A DNA stretch of 55,422 nt from Bradyrhizobium sp. (GTDB lineage Bacteria > Pseudomonadota > Alphaproteobacteria > Rhizobiales > Xanthobacteraceae), in NCBI RefSeq assembly GCF_049512235.1, contig NZ_JBEKXH010000001.1:1-55422 (forward strand), read 5' to 3'. The notes under the pieces are model-generated. The model worked only from the letters and a program-made list of their open reading frames with translations. It made no database searches and had not been told where the DNA came from. Numbering within the stretch: position 1 is the stretch's first letter; each line of letters starts with the position of its first letter. Both the position numbers and the translations under genes were made by a program. This document shows, piece by piece, positions 30,781 through 41,638 of this stretch.

Positions 30781-31817
30781 GGCACAACCGTCTCTTCGGC
30801 ATGGATACACGCAACCTCGTGACCCGGCTCGAGCTCGCGCAAGGCCGGTTGCGTGTGCCTGCACTGATCCGTCGCAAAACCGCAACGCGGGGCGAAGCGG
30901 CAGCCGGCCGGCGGGTTTATCAGCTTCGGCACGGCGCCGGCGATGGTCTGCAGGCGAACCTTGTGGACGGCCGCCATATCGATGCGCGGGATCGAGCGGA
31001 TCAAACCCTGGGTATAGGGATGGCGGGGGTTTGCAAACAACTGCTCGACCGAGGCTTGCTCCACGACCTTTCCCGCATACATTACCACGACACGCTGCGC
31101 TACCTCGGCGACGACACCCATGGCGTGGGTGATCAGCATGATCGACATGCCGAAGCGGGATTTCATGTCCTCCAGCAAGTCCAGGATCTGCGCCTGAATC
31201 GTGACGTCAAGCGCGGTGGTCGGTTCGTCGGCAATCAAGAGTTTTGGATGGCACGACAGCGCCATCGCAATCATCACGCGCTGCCGCATTCCCCCCGAAA
31301 ATTGGTGCGGATAGTCGTTGACGCGGGCTTTCGGATTCGGGATCTGAACCAGCGCCAGCATGTCGATGGTTCGCTCCAGCACGGCGCGACGCCCCAGTCC
31401 TTCATGCAGCGCGATGACCTCGCCGATCTGATCGCCGATGGTATAGACCGGATTGAGCGAGGTCATCGGCTCCTGGAACACGATCGCGATTTCTCTGGCC
31501 CGGATCCGGTTCATCTCGTCCGCCGGCAGCGGAACGATGTCGCGGCCTTGCCACAGGATCTGTCCGCCGACGATGCGTCCAGGCGGCATCGCGATGAGCT
31601 TGAGGACGGACAGCGCGGTGACGGTCTTGCCGCAGCCGGACTCGCCGACGACGCAGACGGTCTCGCCGCGCTCGACGGTGAGATCGACGCCATCCACCGC
31701 CTGCACGACGCCGTCGTCGGTGGCGAAATGGGTCTTCAATCCCCTGATATCCAAGAGCGCGGGTTCGCCCGACGGCTTCTCGTCGCGGATCGACGCTCGC
31801 TCCACAGGCAACATCAC
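30777..31817 (-). CDS. Oligo/dipeptide ABC transporter ATP-binding protein (OppD/DppD-like)
   Basis: [37 protein letters not shown]. Confidence 0.93.
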   Translation of the reverse strand: MMLPVERASIRDEKPSGEPALLDIRGLKTHFATDDGVVQAVDGVDLTVERGETVCVVGESGCGKTVTALSVLKLIAMPPGRIVGGQILWQGRDIVPLPADEMNRIRAREIAIVFQEPMTSLNPVYTIGDQIGEVIALHEGLGRRAVLERTIDMLALVQIPNPKARVNDYPHQFSGGMRQRVMIAMALSCHPKLLIADEPTTALDVTIQAQILDLLEDMKSRFGMSIMLITHAMGVVAEVAQRVVVMYAGKVVEQASVEQLFANPRHPYTQGLIRSIPRIDMAAVHKVRLQTIAGAVPKLINPPAGCRFAPRCGFATDQCRHTQPALRELEPGHEVACIHAEETVVP

Positions 31818-32719
31818 ATGACCTTCCTGGGATCAAGCGCGTCGCGCAATCCGTCGCCGATGAAATTGATGGCCAGCACGGTCAGGAAAATCGCGGCGCC
31901 AGCGAACAGCGCCCAATGCGGCGCGATGTCCAGATAATCCTTGGCATCGAACAACAGACGGCCCCAGGTCGGAATATCCGGCGGAAAGCCGAGGCCCAGG
32001 AATGACAGCGTCGATTCCGCAATGATCGCCGCCGCGACGTCGATGGTGCCGGCGACGATCACCGGTCCGAGCGAATTCGGCAGGATATGCCTGATCACCA
32101 GGCGCGGCGTGGTGGCGCCGAGCGCGCGGGCCGCCTCGACGAATTCCTTCTCGCGCAAGGACAGGAACTGCGCCCGCACCAGGCGCGCCACCGGCATCCA
32201 GCGAAAGGCTCCGATCACCAGGACGATCAGAATGAAGAGCCCGCCTTCCGGGCCGACCAGATTCTTCAGGAAATCCCGGAACAGATAGATCACCAGCAAC
32301 AAAAGTGGCAGTTGCGGCAACGCCAGGAACAGGTCGGTGATCCACATCAGCACGGCATCGACGCTGCCCCTGGAGATGCCCGATATCGCGCCGATCAGCG
32401 TACCGGCGGTGATGGCGACGGCCATGGCCGCGAAACCGACCGCGAGCGAAATGCGTCCGCCGTACAGCATGCGCGCCAACAGGTCCTGGCCGAGATCGTC
32501 GGTGCCGAACGGGTGCTGCCAGTTCGGCGTACTGAGCCGCGCGGTAAAATCGATTTCGTTGATCGGCACGCGCCAGACCAGCGGCCCGAGCACCACGGCC
32601 GACGTCAGCATGGTCAGGATCACCACGCTCACGACGGCCATGCGATGGCGGCGAAACTTTCGCCACGCCTCAAAGCCGGGCGAGAGGTGGCGCTTTCGAC
32701 CCCCGGGCGGGACGGCCAT
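31814..32719 (-). CDS. Oligo/dipeptide ABC transporter permease (OppC-like)
   Basis: HPFGTDDLGQD, EFVEAARALGA (EAA loop), GDGLRDALDPR. Start taken at the ATG just after the upstream gene's stop. Confidence 0.9.
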   Translation of the reverse strand: MAVPPGGRKRHLSPGFEAWRKFRRHRMAVVSVVILTMLTSAVVLGPLVWRVPINEIDFTARLSTPNWQHPFGTDDLGQDLLARMLYGGRISLAVGFAAMAVAITAGTLIGAISGISRGSVDAVLMWITDLFLALPQLPLLLLVIYLFRDFLKNLVGPEGGLFILIVLVIGAFRWMPVARLVRAQFLSLREKEFVEAARALGATTPRLVIRHILPNSLGPVIVAGTIDVAAAIIAESTLSFLGLGFPPDIPTWGRLLFDAKDYLDIAPHWALFAGAAIFLTVLAINFIGDGLRDALDPRKVM

Positions 32720-32720
32720 G

Positions 32721-33680
32721 TCAACGGTAGGAGATGCGTGGGTCAAGCCAGCCATAGATGATATCGGCCAAGAGGTTGAAGACGACAACGAGACAGGCGA
32801 ACACGAACGTCACCGCCATGATGACAGGTGTGTCATTGGCGAGGATCGCCGTGATCAGCAGCGAACCGATGCCCGGGATGCGGAAGATCTGCTCGGTGAT
32901 GATGGCGCCGCCGAACACGGCTGGCATTTGCAGCGCGACCAGCGTCACCACGGGAATCAGGGCGTTGCGAACCACGTGCTTGATGATGACCCTGCCTTCA
33001 TTGAGGCCCTTCGCGCGCGCCGTCGTGACATAGTCGAGGCCAATGACATCAAGCACGGCCGAGCGCACGTAACGGGTGTAGGATGCGGCCTGAAACAGGC
33101 CGAGTACCGCGACCGGCATGATGGCCTGCCTGAAATATTCGAAATACCAGTGCCAGCCGGTAGCGGCGATATCGACGCGATAGACGAAGGGCAGCCAGCC
33201 AAGATTGACGCTGAAGATCAGGATCAGCAGCAGCCCGGTGAAGAATGTCGGCAGCGAAAACCCGACAAAGGCCAGCGTGTTGGCGATCTGATCGAAGATC
33301 GAATAGGGCCGCATCGCGGCATAAACGCCGACCGGGAGCGCAATCGCCAATGCCAGAAGCTGCGACGAGCCGACCACGAACAAGGTGGTCGGGACGCGCT
33401 GCAGGATCAACTTGTCGACGTCGATGCGGCTTGCGAACGAAAAGCCCCAGTCGCCGTGCAGCATCGCCACCAGCCAGCGCAGATAGCGAACCAGAATGGG
33501 ATCGTCGATCCCGAATTTCACCCGCAGCGCCGCCCGGACTTCGGGTGGAATATTGGTGTTGGTGGCGAGTTCGCCGAACGGATCTCCCGGCGCCAGCGCC
33601 AGCAGGACAAAGAGAATGAGACTGATGCCGAGCAGGCTGGGAACAGCGATGAGCAGACGCCTGACAATGTATTTTCCCAT
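32721..33680 (-). CDS. Oligo/dipeptide ABC transporter permease (OppB-like)
   Basis: YIVRRLL..APGDP, DYVTTARAKGL, NLLADIIYGWLDPRI. Confidence 0.92.
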   Translation of the reverse strand: MGKYIVRRLLIAVPSLLGISLILFVLLALAPGDPFGELATNTNIPPEVRAALRVKFGIDDPILVRYLRWLVAMLHGDWGFSFASRIDVDKLILQRVPTTLFVVGSSQLLALAIALPVGVYAAMRPYSIFDQIANTLAFVGFSLPTFFTGLLLILIFSVNLGWLPFVYRVDIAATGWHWYFEYFRQAIMPVAVLGLFQAASYTRYVRSAVLDVIGLDYVTTARAKGLNEGRVIIKHVVRNALIPVVTLVALQMPAVFGGAIITEQIFRIPGIGSLLITAILANDTPVIMAVTFVFACLVVVFNLLADIIYGWLDPRISYR

Positions 33681-33736
33681 CGTCGACCCGCCACCGCCTG
33701 TTCAGGTTGTTCGCAGCGCAAATCTCACATCGGGTC

Positions 33737-35551
33737 TCACGCTTCCCGGTACCAGTTCGCGATCTGCCAGAGGTCGTTGTCCCAGCCGCTGATGGGCGCG
33801 GCCAGATTGGCGTTCAGGGCCGTGACATTGAGCCGGTTGGCGACAGGAAGGATATATTGGTCACCGACCGCCAGGTCGTTGAGTTTGATGTACATCGCCG
33901 CCCGCTTCACCGCGTCGAGCTCGCGGTCGGCCTGATGAAAGACCTCGTCGTAGTCCTTGTTTTGCCAGCGGGAGATATTGCGCCCCTGCCATTTGTTGGC
34001 CTTGGTCGCCACTTCCCATGACACGCACTGATTCATGAAGAACTGCGGATCAGGCTGCGTCATGGTGGTCTGGTACATCTGCGCGTCGCAGTAGAAATGC
34101 CCGTAGGTATCTGGGTTGGCCGTGTCGGACGAGAAAAACACCGATCCCACGACCGACTTGAGCTCGATGTCGATGCCCGCTTTCTGGCACGCCTGCTTGA
34201 CGATGGCCTGGGTCTTTTGTCGGGGCGCATTGATGGAAGTCTGGAACACAAACCTCAGCGATTTGCCGTCCTTGCCACGAATGCCGTCCGCGCCCTTTTT
34301 CCAGCCGGCGGTTTCAAGAACCTGATTGGCCTTCTCGATGTTGAATTCGAATTTGGTGTTTTTCGACCGGAAGCGTTCCGGGTTGTTGAGGAAGTTCGCC
34401 GAGGCGATGGCGGTACGGCCGTAGATGAATTTTTCGATCGAGCCGCGATCGATCAACAGGTTAATGGCCTCGCGCACCGCCGGGTCGCTGAACAGCGGAT
34501 GCGTGGTCTTCAGGCTCGCGCGTTCGCCGTCAACCTCGACCGCCGGATCGGTCACGTTGAGCATGATGAACTCGACATTGCCGCCGCGAACAATGCTCAC
34601 TCTGCCTCGGCCGCCGCCCTCGAGTCTTTTCAGAATTTCATCCTCCACCTGCATGTTCCAGGCATAATCATATTCGCCGGTCTGCAGCACCGCGCGCGCG
34701 GCCGACACCGCATCGCCGCCACCCTTGAGTTCCACCGTATCGAAATAGGGCCGGTTGGGGACGTGGTAGTCGGGATTGAGTTTGGCGCGGACGACATCGC
34801 CCGGCTTGAAATCGACGAAAAGGTAGGGGCCGGTGCCCACCGGTTTCAGGTTGGCCGGCGCGTCGCGTGACTTGCCGCCGATGTAATCCGCAAACAGGTG
34901 CTTCGGGATGATCATGCCGTACGAGCCGACAAAGGCGTCGGCCCAGAACGGCGTCGGCTTGGCGAAGCTCACGCGAACGGTGAAATCGTCGATTTTTTCG
35001 ACCTTGATATCCCTGTAGCTGCCGATCGAGACCGCCGCGGTCTCGGGCGTTCGCGCATATTCCCAGTTGAATACGACATCGTCCGCCGTGAACGGCATGC
35101 CGTCATGCCATTTGACGCCTCGCTTCAGCTTCCAGACGACCGAGAGGCCGTCCTCGGTGAGACCATCGTTCTCTTTGCTCGGAATCTCGGCGGCAAGGAT
35201 CGGAATCAGATTGCCATCATTGTCCCAACCCGCCAGCGGCTCGTAGAAGATCCGCGAGCCTTCCTGGTCCTTGGTGCCGACGGCGAAATGCGGGTTGAGC
35301 AAGGTCACCGCCTGCCAAAACAAAAGCTTCAGCGCGCCGCCTCCGCCGGCCTTGGTCGGCTTATAGGAGATCGCGGTCTCGGCCATCGCCACCCCGGCCT
35401 GGCTCAGCATCATGCCGGCCATCGGCGCCGTCAGGCCGACGGCGACCATCCGCTGGACGAAGGCACGCCGCGACAGTCGACCGGTCTTGACCTCTGCAAT
35501 CAGGCCTCGAAGTTCCCGTTCTTTCATCGACTCTTGCATCGATTCTTGCAT
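33737..35551 (-). CDS. Peptide ABC transporter substrate-binding protein (family 5) with Tat signal
   Basis: SRRAFV twin-arginine motif; VKWHDGMPFTADDVVF, PVGTGPY; RBS GAGGAG. Confidence 0.92.
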   Translation of the reverse strand: MQESMQESMKERELRGLIAEVKTGRLSRRAFVQRMVAVGLTAPMAGMMLSQAGVAMAETAISYKPTKAGGGGALKLLFWQAVTLLNPHFAVGTKDQEGSRIFYEPLAGWDNDGNLIPILAAEIPSKENDGLTEDGLSVVWKLKRGVKWHDGMPFTADDVVFNWEYARTPETAAVSIGSYRDIKVEKIDDFTVRVSFAKPTPFWADAFVGSYGMIIPKHLFADYIGGKSRDAPANLKPVGTGPYLFVDFKPGDVVRAKLNPDYHVPNRPYFDTVELKGGGDAVSAARAVLQTGEYDYAWNMQVEDEILKRLEGGGRGRVSIVRGGNVEFIMLNVTDPAVEVDGERASLKTTHPLFSDPAVREAINLLIDRGSIEKFIYGRTAIASANFLNNPERFRSKNTKFEFNIEKANQVLETAGWKKGADGIRGKDGKSLRFVFQTSINAPRQKTQAIVKQACQKAGIDIELKSVVGSVFFSSDTANPDTYGHFYCDAQMYQTTMTQPDPQFFMNQCVSWEVATKANKWQGRNISRWQNKDYDEVFHQADRELDAVKRAAMYIKLNDLAVGDQYILPVANRLNVTALNANLAAPISGWDNDLWQIANWYREA

Positions 35552-35797
35552 CGATTAGGCTCCTCGCTGGGTGCTTGAATTCTCGTCCCCCGGTGCCCTT
35601 GCCGTCGCGAAGGCCAGAGCGATCGGAAATGGATCAGGTTAGGACCACCCTGTCAAAGCAGGATCCGGGCCAGCACCGTGTCGCCCTGACAGGCCGGACG
35701 TGGCGCAGCCACGCAAGATCGCCCGGCTTGAGTGAAGCCGCCTCGACCGATCGGTTCCCGATCGCGACGAAGGTGGTCACCCAGATGGGGCGCGTTC

Positions 35798-36103
35798 ATG
35801 AATAAATTTGCTTTTGCTGTTTGCACGCTTGGCGTCAGTGCTTCTGCTGCCGATCTTGCGGCCCGTACTTACACGAAGGCACCCCCGGCGGTTGCCGCAG
35901 TTTATGACTGGAGCAACTTCTACGTTGGCGCCAATGGCGGCGGTGCATGGAGACGCAATTGCTGGGATGCGGACCCGTTCACGATCAATCTCTTTTTCAT
36001 TCCTCCGTTTGCGGTGTCGGAACCTGAAGGATGTAGCACCGCAAGTGGTCCTGCCCCCGGTGGCCAGATCGGCTATCGCTCGCAGCGCGCTGCCTGGGCC
36101 TGA
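35798..36103 (+). pseudogene. Truncated outer-membrane beta-barrel (Omp25/RopB-like) fragment
   Basis: SASAADLAARTYTKAPPAVAAVYDWSNFYVGANGGGAW...GGQIGYR then a stop after about 100 aa. The remaining strands and the C-terminal aromatic residue are missing. Confidence 0.7.
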
Positions 36104-36178
36104 TGATTCGTCGCTGCGGCGTATTCCCAAATCCTCGTTTCGCTGGTACGCCGATCTGATCAAGAGGGCACGCCAGCG

Positions 36179-37171
36179 ATGAATACAGCCTCTACAGCCT
36201 CCCCAGGACGATCCAGCCAGACGGTGCTGCTTGCAGACATCGGCGGGACCAACGCGCGCTTCGCGCTGTTGGCTGAGGGAACTGTGGGCACAGTTGCTCA
36301 TATGGCTGTCAGCGCCTACGGCAGCTTTGGCGAGGCACTCAGCGTCTATCTGGGCAGGATGCCGGAGGCTGGCACGATCCGCGCCGCATTTCTTGCCGTT
36401 GCCGGCACGGTCGAGAACGGCCGCTGTGTCCTTACCAACAGTCCCTGGGTCATCGATGCCGCGGAGTTGCGCACCTCCTGCGGATTTTCCACCGTGCGCC
36501 TGATCAATGATTTTGAAGCGGTGGCTTGGTCCCTCCCCCGCCTTTCACGCGACAAGCTCCTGCAGTTAGGCGGCGGGCAGCCGGTCGTGGGGGCACCTCT
36601 GGCGGCGGTTGGTCCCGGCACTGGCCTCGGCGTCGGAGCCAACATACCGCATGCAACGGGTCACCTCGTGCTTCCCGGCGAAGGCGGCCACGTCACACTG
36701 GCCGGTTGCTCGCCACGGGAGGACGCCGTCATCGGCTATCTGCGGCAACGGTTTGGACATGTTTCGGCTGAACGGGTTCTTTCGGGCAATGGGCTCGAAA
36801 ATCTCCACGAGGCTCTCGCTGCCCTGGACAATCTGATGCTGCCACGGCGCCGTGCCGCCGAGATTACCCAGGCCGGGATCGAGGGCACCTGTCCGACGAG
36901 CCGCGCTGCCATCGACATGTTTTGCGCGATGCTTGGGACTGTCGCCGGCAATCTCGCGCTCACGCTCAGTTCAAGGGGCGGAGTATTCATCGCCGGAGGC
37001 ATCCTGCAGCGCATCCCCCAATATTTGGCCGGCTCCGCATTTCGTGCGCGCTTTGAGGAAAAAGGGCGGTTCCGCAAATACCTCGCGCCGATCCCGGCCT
37101 ATCTCATTCTGGACGAGGACGCCGCTTTCGTCGGCCTGAAGGCTTTGGCGGAGGTCGAGGGCGTTGGCTGA
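36179..37171 (+). CDS. glk: Glucokinase
   Basis: LLADIGGTNARFAL, LINDFEAVA, GPGTGLG, EGGH, HVSAERVLSG.GL, GGVFIAGGI, FEEKGRF. Confidence 0.93.
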   Translation: MNTASTASPGRSSQTVLLADIGGTNARFALLAEGTVGTVAHMAVSAYGSFGEALSVYLGRMPEAGTIRAAFLAVAGTVENGRCVLTNSPWVIDAAELRTSCGFSTVRLINDFEAVAWSLPRLSRDKLLQLGGGQPVVGAPLAAVGPGTGLGVGANIPHATGHLVLPGEGGHVTLAGCSPREDAVIGYLRQRFGHVSAERVLSGNGLENLHEALAALDNLMLPRRRAAEITQAGIEGTCPTSRAAIDMFCAMLGTVAGNLALTLSSRGGVFIAGGILQRIPQYLAGSAFRARFEEKGRFRKYLAPIPAYLILDEDAAFVGLKALAEVEGVG

Positions 37172-38129
37172 AATCCCGCCGGCCCGGATCGTCACCCTCA
37201 CCATGAACCCCGCCGTCGACGTCTCGACGTCGGTGAGAAAAATGGTGCCGTTTTCCAAAATGCGCTGCGCGCCGGCGCTGCGTGATCCAGGGGGAGGCGG
37301 CATCAACGTGGCACGGGTGCTCAAACGGCTCGGCATCGACGCGACCGCAATTTACCCGGCCGGTGGCGCTACCGGACAGTTACTTGTGACGCTGGTTGAG
37401 CGCGAAGGCGTGCGCAGCATTGCAATCCCAATGTCGAACGACACGCGGGAGGATATTACGCTGTTCGACGAAACAACCCGGGAGCAATTTCGCCTTGTCT
37501 TCCCGGGTGCAAGGCTGAGCGATATTGAATGGCAAGAATGTCTGGAATCGATTGCGCGTATCACGCCTCGGCCTGCGTATGTGATTGCCAGTGGCAGCCT
37601 GCCTGCTGGCGTCCCGCATGATTTTTTTGGCAGGGTCGCTTTGGCGTCGAAAGCCCATAGCAAGACCATCGTGGATACGTCCGGCCCTTTCCTGGAGGCC
37701 GCCCTGGAAGCAGGCCTCTATCTCATGAAGCCCAACCTTCGCGAATTTCGGGAACTGGCAGGAATTACCTCCACCGATGAAGCCACGCTCCTCGAAGCGG
37801 GACGCCGTCTGTTCGATCGCTATCGCATCGAGGTCATTGCTCTCTCGATGGGGCCAGAAGGCGCCCTTCTCATGACTCGCGACCTGGCCCTCCGTGCCAA
37901 TGCCCTGCCTATCGCGCCGCTTAGCGTATCCGGTGCCGGCGACAGCTTTCTGGGGGCCATGCTATGGAGCCTTGCGAACAATCGGGATCTCGGTATGGCC
38001 CTGCGCTACGGCGTTGCCGGCGGTTCCGCAGCGCTGCTCAATCCCGGGACCGAACTTTGTCACGCCGAGGACGTCCACCGCCTTGCCTCCTTGGTGATGG
38101 TAACGCCGATTGCGCGCAATCATCATTAG
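37164..38129 (+). CDS. pfkB: 1-phosphofructokinase-family hexose kinase (PfkB)
   Basis: TLTMNPAVD, PGGGGINVAR, SGSLP, KPNLREF, GAGDSF. Overlaps the glk stop. Confidence 0.9.
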   Translation: MAEIPPARIVTLTMNPAVDVSTSVRKMVPFSKMRCAPALRDPGGGGINVARVLKRLGIDATAIYPAGGATGQLLVTLVEREGVRSIAIPMSNDTREDITLFDETTREQFRLVFPGARLSDIEWQECLESIARITPRPAYVIASGSLPAGVPHDFFGRVALASKAHSKTIVDTSGPFLEAALEAGLYLMKPNLREFRELAGITSTDEATLLEAGRRLFDRYRIEVIALSMGPEGALLMTRDLALRANALPIAPLSVSGAGDSFLGAMLWSLANNRDLGMALRYGVAGGSAALLNPGTELCHAEDVHRLASLVMVTPIARNHH

Positions 38130-38253
38130 TCTCGGTTCTGATTCAATCAGAAAAGATCGATTTCAGCATTGCACTACTTCTGGTAGTTTCTCGCCTGCCC
38201 ACAGAACTCAGCACGCCAACGTTTGGCTTTTTCGGATATTTCGAGGCGGTTTC

Positions 38254-40023
38254 ATGAAGGCATTTTTCAGGATTTTGATGTTTTCGCTGGCGGCGATGAT
38301 GGGGATTGCCGCTCCGGCTTTGGCCGAACCCGCAGAGACTCCCGCTCTGCAATATGCCCGGCAGGGCTGGACGGCGGAGGACCGGCAGGTCTTCTACACG
38401 ACCAGCCAGGGATCGCACATGATGCCCTATGCCTGGTTCAAGGCGCTGCGCCGTCTGGATGCCGACGCGCCGTTCGGCGGCGATCATCTGCAACGCTACG
38501 GATATCTCGGAAATGATAAATCCGCGGCCAATCCGGAAGCGCTGCCGGTCGGATTCGTCATCGACGGCGACGCCGCATCCGGTTTCCTCGGCATGACCTG
38601 CGCGGCGTGCCACACCGCGGAGATCGCGTATCAAACCGGCGCCGTCACGCAACGGCTTCGCATCGATGGCGCACCGGCCACGGCCGATTTCCAGCTTTTC
38701 CTGACCGAGCTTTCGGCCGCTGCCAAGGCGACGCTGCAGGACTCCAATCGCTTCCAGCAATTCGCCCGGGCCGTCCTGGGCTCGCGCTTCTCCTTGGCGC
38801 GGGCCGACGCACTCAAGACCGACTTCGCCGGTTGGGCCGATCAATTCGGCGCCTTCATGGACAAAAGCCTGCCGGCATCGCCATGGGGGCCGGGGCGCCT
38901 CGACGCATTCGGCATGATCTTCAACCGGGTCGCCGGCAAGGATCTCGGCATCGACGCCAATTTCAAGGTCGCAGACGCGCCCGTCAGCTATCCGTTCCTG
39001 TGGAACGCGTCGCGGCAGGACAGGACGCAGTGGAATGGCGGCGTTCCCAACGGCCTCTTCGTCAACGCGCTGGGACGAAACACAGGGGAAGTGTTCGGCG
39101 TGTTTGCCGACTTCAGCCCAAGGAAGCTGCCGGCGGCGCCCCTGGTCGACTACAGCCGGAACTCGGTAAAATTCGCCGGGCTGCAACATCTCGAGGAAAA
39201 GATCGCAATCCTGAAGCCTCCGCCCTGGCCGTTCGCGCTCAAGCAGGATCTGGTTGACCGCGGCCAAGGGCTGTTCGCGCAATATTGCAGCGGATGTCAC
39301 GCCGAGAAGCCCTTGCCTCACGACAGATGGTTGACGCCGGTCAACGCGGTCGGGACCGACCCCAAGGCATTCAGCGGTGCCGGGAGGTCGTCGCAATCCG
39401 GCGTACTGGCCGGCGCGCTGTCGCCCAATCCCCCGGGATCGACGCTGGCAAATCCCGCACTGACGGTCGATATCCTAGCAACCGCCGTGGTGGGAGCATT
39501 GATCGACGAGGCCTTCCCGTTGCCGCCCAGGCTTGCCAACCCCAATGGCGGTGTCTGGCAGGCGATCCGAAAAGATCAGTTGGAGCTGCTGCAGATTTCA
39601 CAAAATGCTGATTCGGCGTTGCTGCTGCTGGACCCCGCCGCGCGCGCAAACCTGAAGGCCCACATTGCAGAGCGGCTTGCCAACATGTTCAGGCTGCCGG
39701 CACCGGACCAGGCGCCGGCCTATGAATCGCGGGTACTGCATGGCATCTGGGCGACCGCTCCGTACCTTCACAACGGCTCGGTGCCGAACCTCTGGGAATT
39801 GCTGACGCCGCCGGCCCAAAGGAAACCGTCTTTCATGGTCGGCAGCAAGACCTATGATCCCGTGAATGTCGGCTATGTCACGGACAGCTCGCCCTATAAG
39901 GACGGCACGCTGGTGGTCGGCGCAAGCGCCGCGCCCGGCAACAGCAATTCCGGGCACGACTACGGCACGGCGCTGTCGGACGACGACCGCTGGGCGCTGA
40001 TCGAATATCTCAAGCAGCTGTGA
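38254..40023 (+). CDS. Exported di-heme c-type cytochrome (RoxA / di-heme cytochrome c peroxidase-like family)
   Basis: Signal peptide; heme motifs CAACH and CSGCH; GPGRLDAFG, APVSYPFLW, GIWATAPYLHNGSVPNLWELL, GNSNSGH, LIEYLKQL. Confidence 0.85.
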   Translation: MKAFFRILMFSLAAMMGIAAPALAEPAETPALQYARQGWTAEDRQVFYTTSQGSHMMPYAWFKALRRLDADAPFGGDHLQRYGYLGNDKSAANPEALPVGFVIDGDAASGFLGMTCAACHTAEIAYQTGAVTQRLRIDGAPATADFQLFLTELSAAAKATLQDSNRFQQFARAVLGSRFSLARADALKTDFAGWADQFGAFMDKSLPASPWGPGRLDAFGMIFNRVAGKDLGIDANFKVADAPVSYPFLWNASRQDRTQWNGGVPNGLFVNALGRNTGEVFGVFADFSPRKLPAAPLVDYSRNSVKFAGLQHLEEKIAILKPPPWPFALKQDLVDRGQGLFAQYCSGCHAEKPLPHDRWLTPVNAVGTDPKAFSGAGRSSQSGVLAGALSPNPPGSTLANPALTVDILATAVVGALIDEAFPLPPRLANPNGGVWQAIRKDQLELLQISQNADSALLLLDPAARANLKAHIAERLANMFRLPAPDQAPAYESRVLHGIWATAPYLHNGSVPNLWELLTPPAQRKPSFMVGSKTYDPVNVGYVTDSSPYKDGTLVVGASAAPGNSNSGHDYGTALSDDDRWALIEYLKQL

Positions 40024-40028
40024 ACAAG

Positions 40029-40679
40029 TCAGGTATTCGCCAGCGCCACCCGGAATTCGGCTTCGGTCTTGGCCTTGACTTCGTCCAGCGTGACGCCGTC
40101 GGCGAGTTCGATCAGGGCCATGCCGCTTTGGCCGTGCTTGTCGATGGTGAATACGGCGAGATCGGTCACCACCATGTCCACCACCCGCTCGCCCGTTAGC
40201 GGCAGGTTGCATTGCTTGAGGAGTTTGGCGCCGTCCTTGGCGGAATGCTCCATCACCACCACCACGCGCTTGACGCCGGCGACCAGGTCCATGGCGCCGC
40301 CCATGCCCTTGACCACCTTGCCGGGGATCATCCAGTTGGCGAGATCGCCGTTCTGCGCCACCTGCATCGCGCCCAATATCGACAGGTCGATATGGCCGCC
40401 GCGCACCATGCCGAAGGAATCGGCCGAGGAGAAATAGCTGGTCGTCGGCAATTCGGTCACGGTCTGCTTGCCGGCGTTGATCAGATCGGGGTCTTCCTCG
40501 CCCTCATAGGGAAAAGGCCCCATGCCGAGCATTCCGTTCTCGCTCTGCAGCTGCACGTCGACGCCCGCCGGAATATAGTTGGAAACCAGCGTCGGAATGC
40601 CGATGCCGAGATTGACGTAATAGCCGTCGCGCAATTCCCTCGCGGCGCGGGCAGCCATTTGATCGCGGGTCCAGGCCAT
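40029..40679 (-). CDS. scoB: Succinyl-CoA:3-oxoacid CoA-transferase subunit B
   Basis: [14 protein letters not shown] (catalytic Glu), [20 protein letters not shown]. Confidence 0.92.
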   Translation of the reverse strand: MAWTRDQMAARAARELRDGYYVNLGIGIPTLVSNYIPAGVDVQLQSENGMLGMGPFPYEGEEDPDLINAGKQTVTELPTTSYFSSADSFGMVRGGHIDLSILGAMQVAQNGDLANWMIPGKVVKGMGGAMDLVAGVKRVVVVMEHSAKDGAKLLKQCNLPLTGERVVDMVVTDLAVFTIDKHGQSGMALIELADGVTLDEVKAKTEAEFRVALANT

Positions 40680-41410
40680 CAGACTTCCTCTCCGGTTGCG
40701 GCAGCCGCGGCCTCGCGCTTGCGCGTGGTGCGCTGCTCGATGCGTTTCAGGCCGGTTCCGACCCGAATGATGCGCTTGACGAAGATGCCGGGGGTATGGA
40801 TTTGATCGGGATCGATCTGGCCGGCGGGCAACAGGTGCTCGACCTCGGCCACGGTGATTTTCGCAGCCGTGGCCATCATCGGATTAAAATTGCGCGCGGT
40901 CTTGCGGTAGACCAGATTGCCTGCTGTATCGCCCTTCCAGGCGTGGACGATGGCGAGGTCGGCGAACAGGCCGCGCTCCATCAGGTATTTCTCGCCGTCG
41001 AATTCCTTCACTTCCTTGCCCTCGGCCACCAGGGTACCGACGCCGGTCTTGGTATAGAAGGCCGGAATGCCGGCGCCACCGGCGCGGATACGCTCGGCCA
41101 GCGTGCCCTGCGGAGCGAATTCAAGCTCAAGTTCCCCGGCGAGGAACAGATGGGCGAACAGCTTGTTCTCGCCGACATAGGACGAAATCATCTTCTTGAT
41201 CTGCCGCGTCTCCAGCAGCCGGCTTAACCCGATACCGTCGACGCCGGCGTTGTTGGAGACCACGGTCAGGTTCTTCACCCCGGAGTCCCGGATCGCCTCT
41301 GACAGCGCTTCGGCGATCCCGCAAAGACCGAAACCGCCGGACATGATCATCATGCCGTCTCTGAGAATGCCGTCGAGTGCCGATTTGGCGTCGGGGTAGA
41401 CCTTGTTCAT
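40679..41410 (-). CDS. scoA: Succinyl-CoA:3-oxoacid CoA-transferase subunit A
   Basis: [45 protein letters not shown]. Confidence 0.92.
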   Translation of the reverse strand: MNKVYPDAKSALDGILRDGMMIMSGGFGLCGIAEALSEAIRDSGVKNLTVVSNNAGVDGIGLSRLLETRQIKKMISSYVGENKLFAHLFLAGELELEFAPQGTLAERIRAGGAGIPAFYTKTGVGTLVAEGKEVKEFDGEKYLMERGLFADLAIVHAWKGDTAGNLVYRKTARNFNPMMATAAKITVAEVEHLLPAGQIDPDQIHTPGIFVKRIIRVGTGLKRIEQRTTRKREAAAAATGEEV

Positions 41411-41638
41411 GAAAATGCGACCTGAATGGAGGAAAGGCGCCGCGAGAGGATGCTACCTGGGATTATTAGGCGAAATCTTCGCAATGCGTCAATGACGGGC
41501 ATGGGCGCCAGCGGGTAACGTGGGGCATGGCCTTGAAAGCGTCAAGAAAAGCCCTCAAGTTGCGCCGGGTGGCATGGGCCTAGCCGGCTCGCCCGTTTTT
41601 TCAAGCAACAACCCGACGACATCAACCCGACCAGGATT

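Noticed and set aside
36150-36163. Possible FixK/Fnr box before glk
   Set aside because: Only the ATCAA half-site matches TTGAT-N4-ATCAA.
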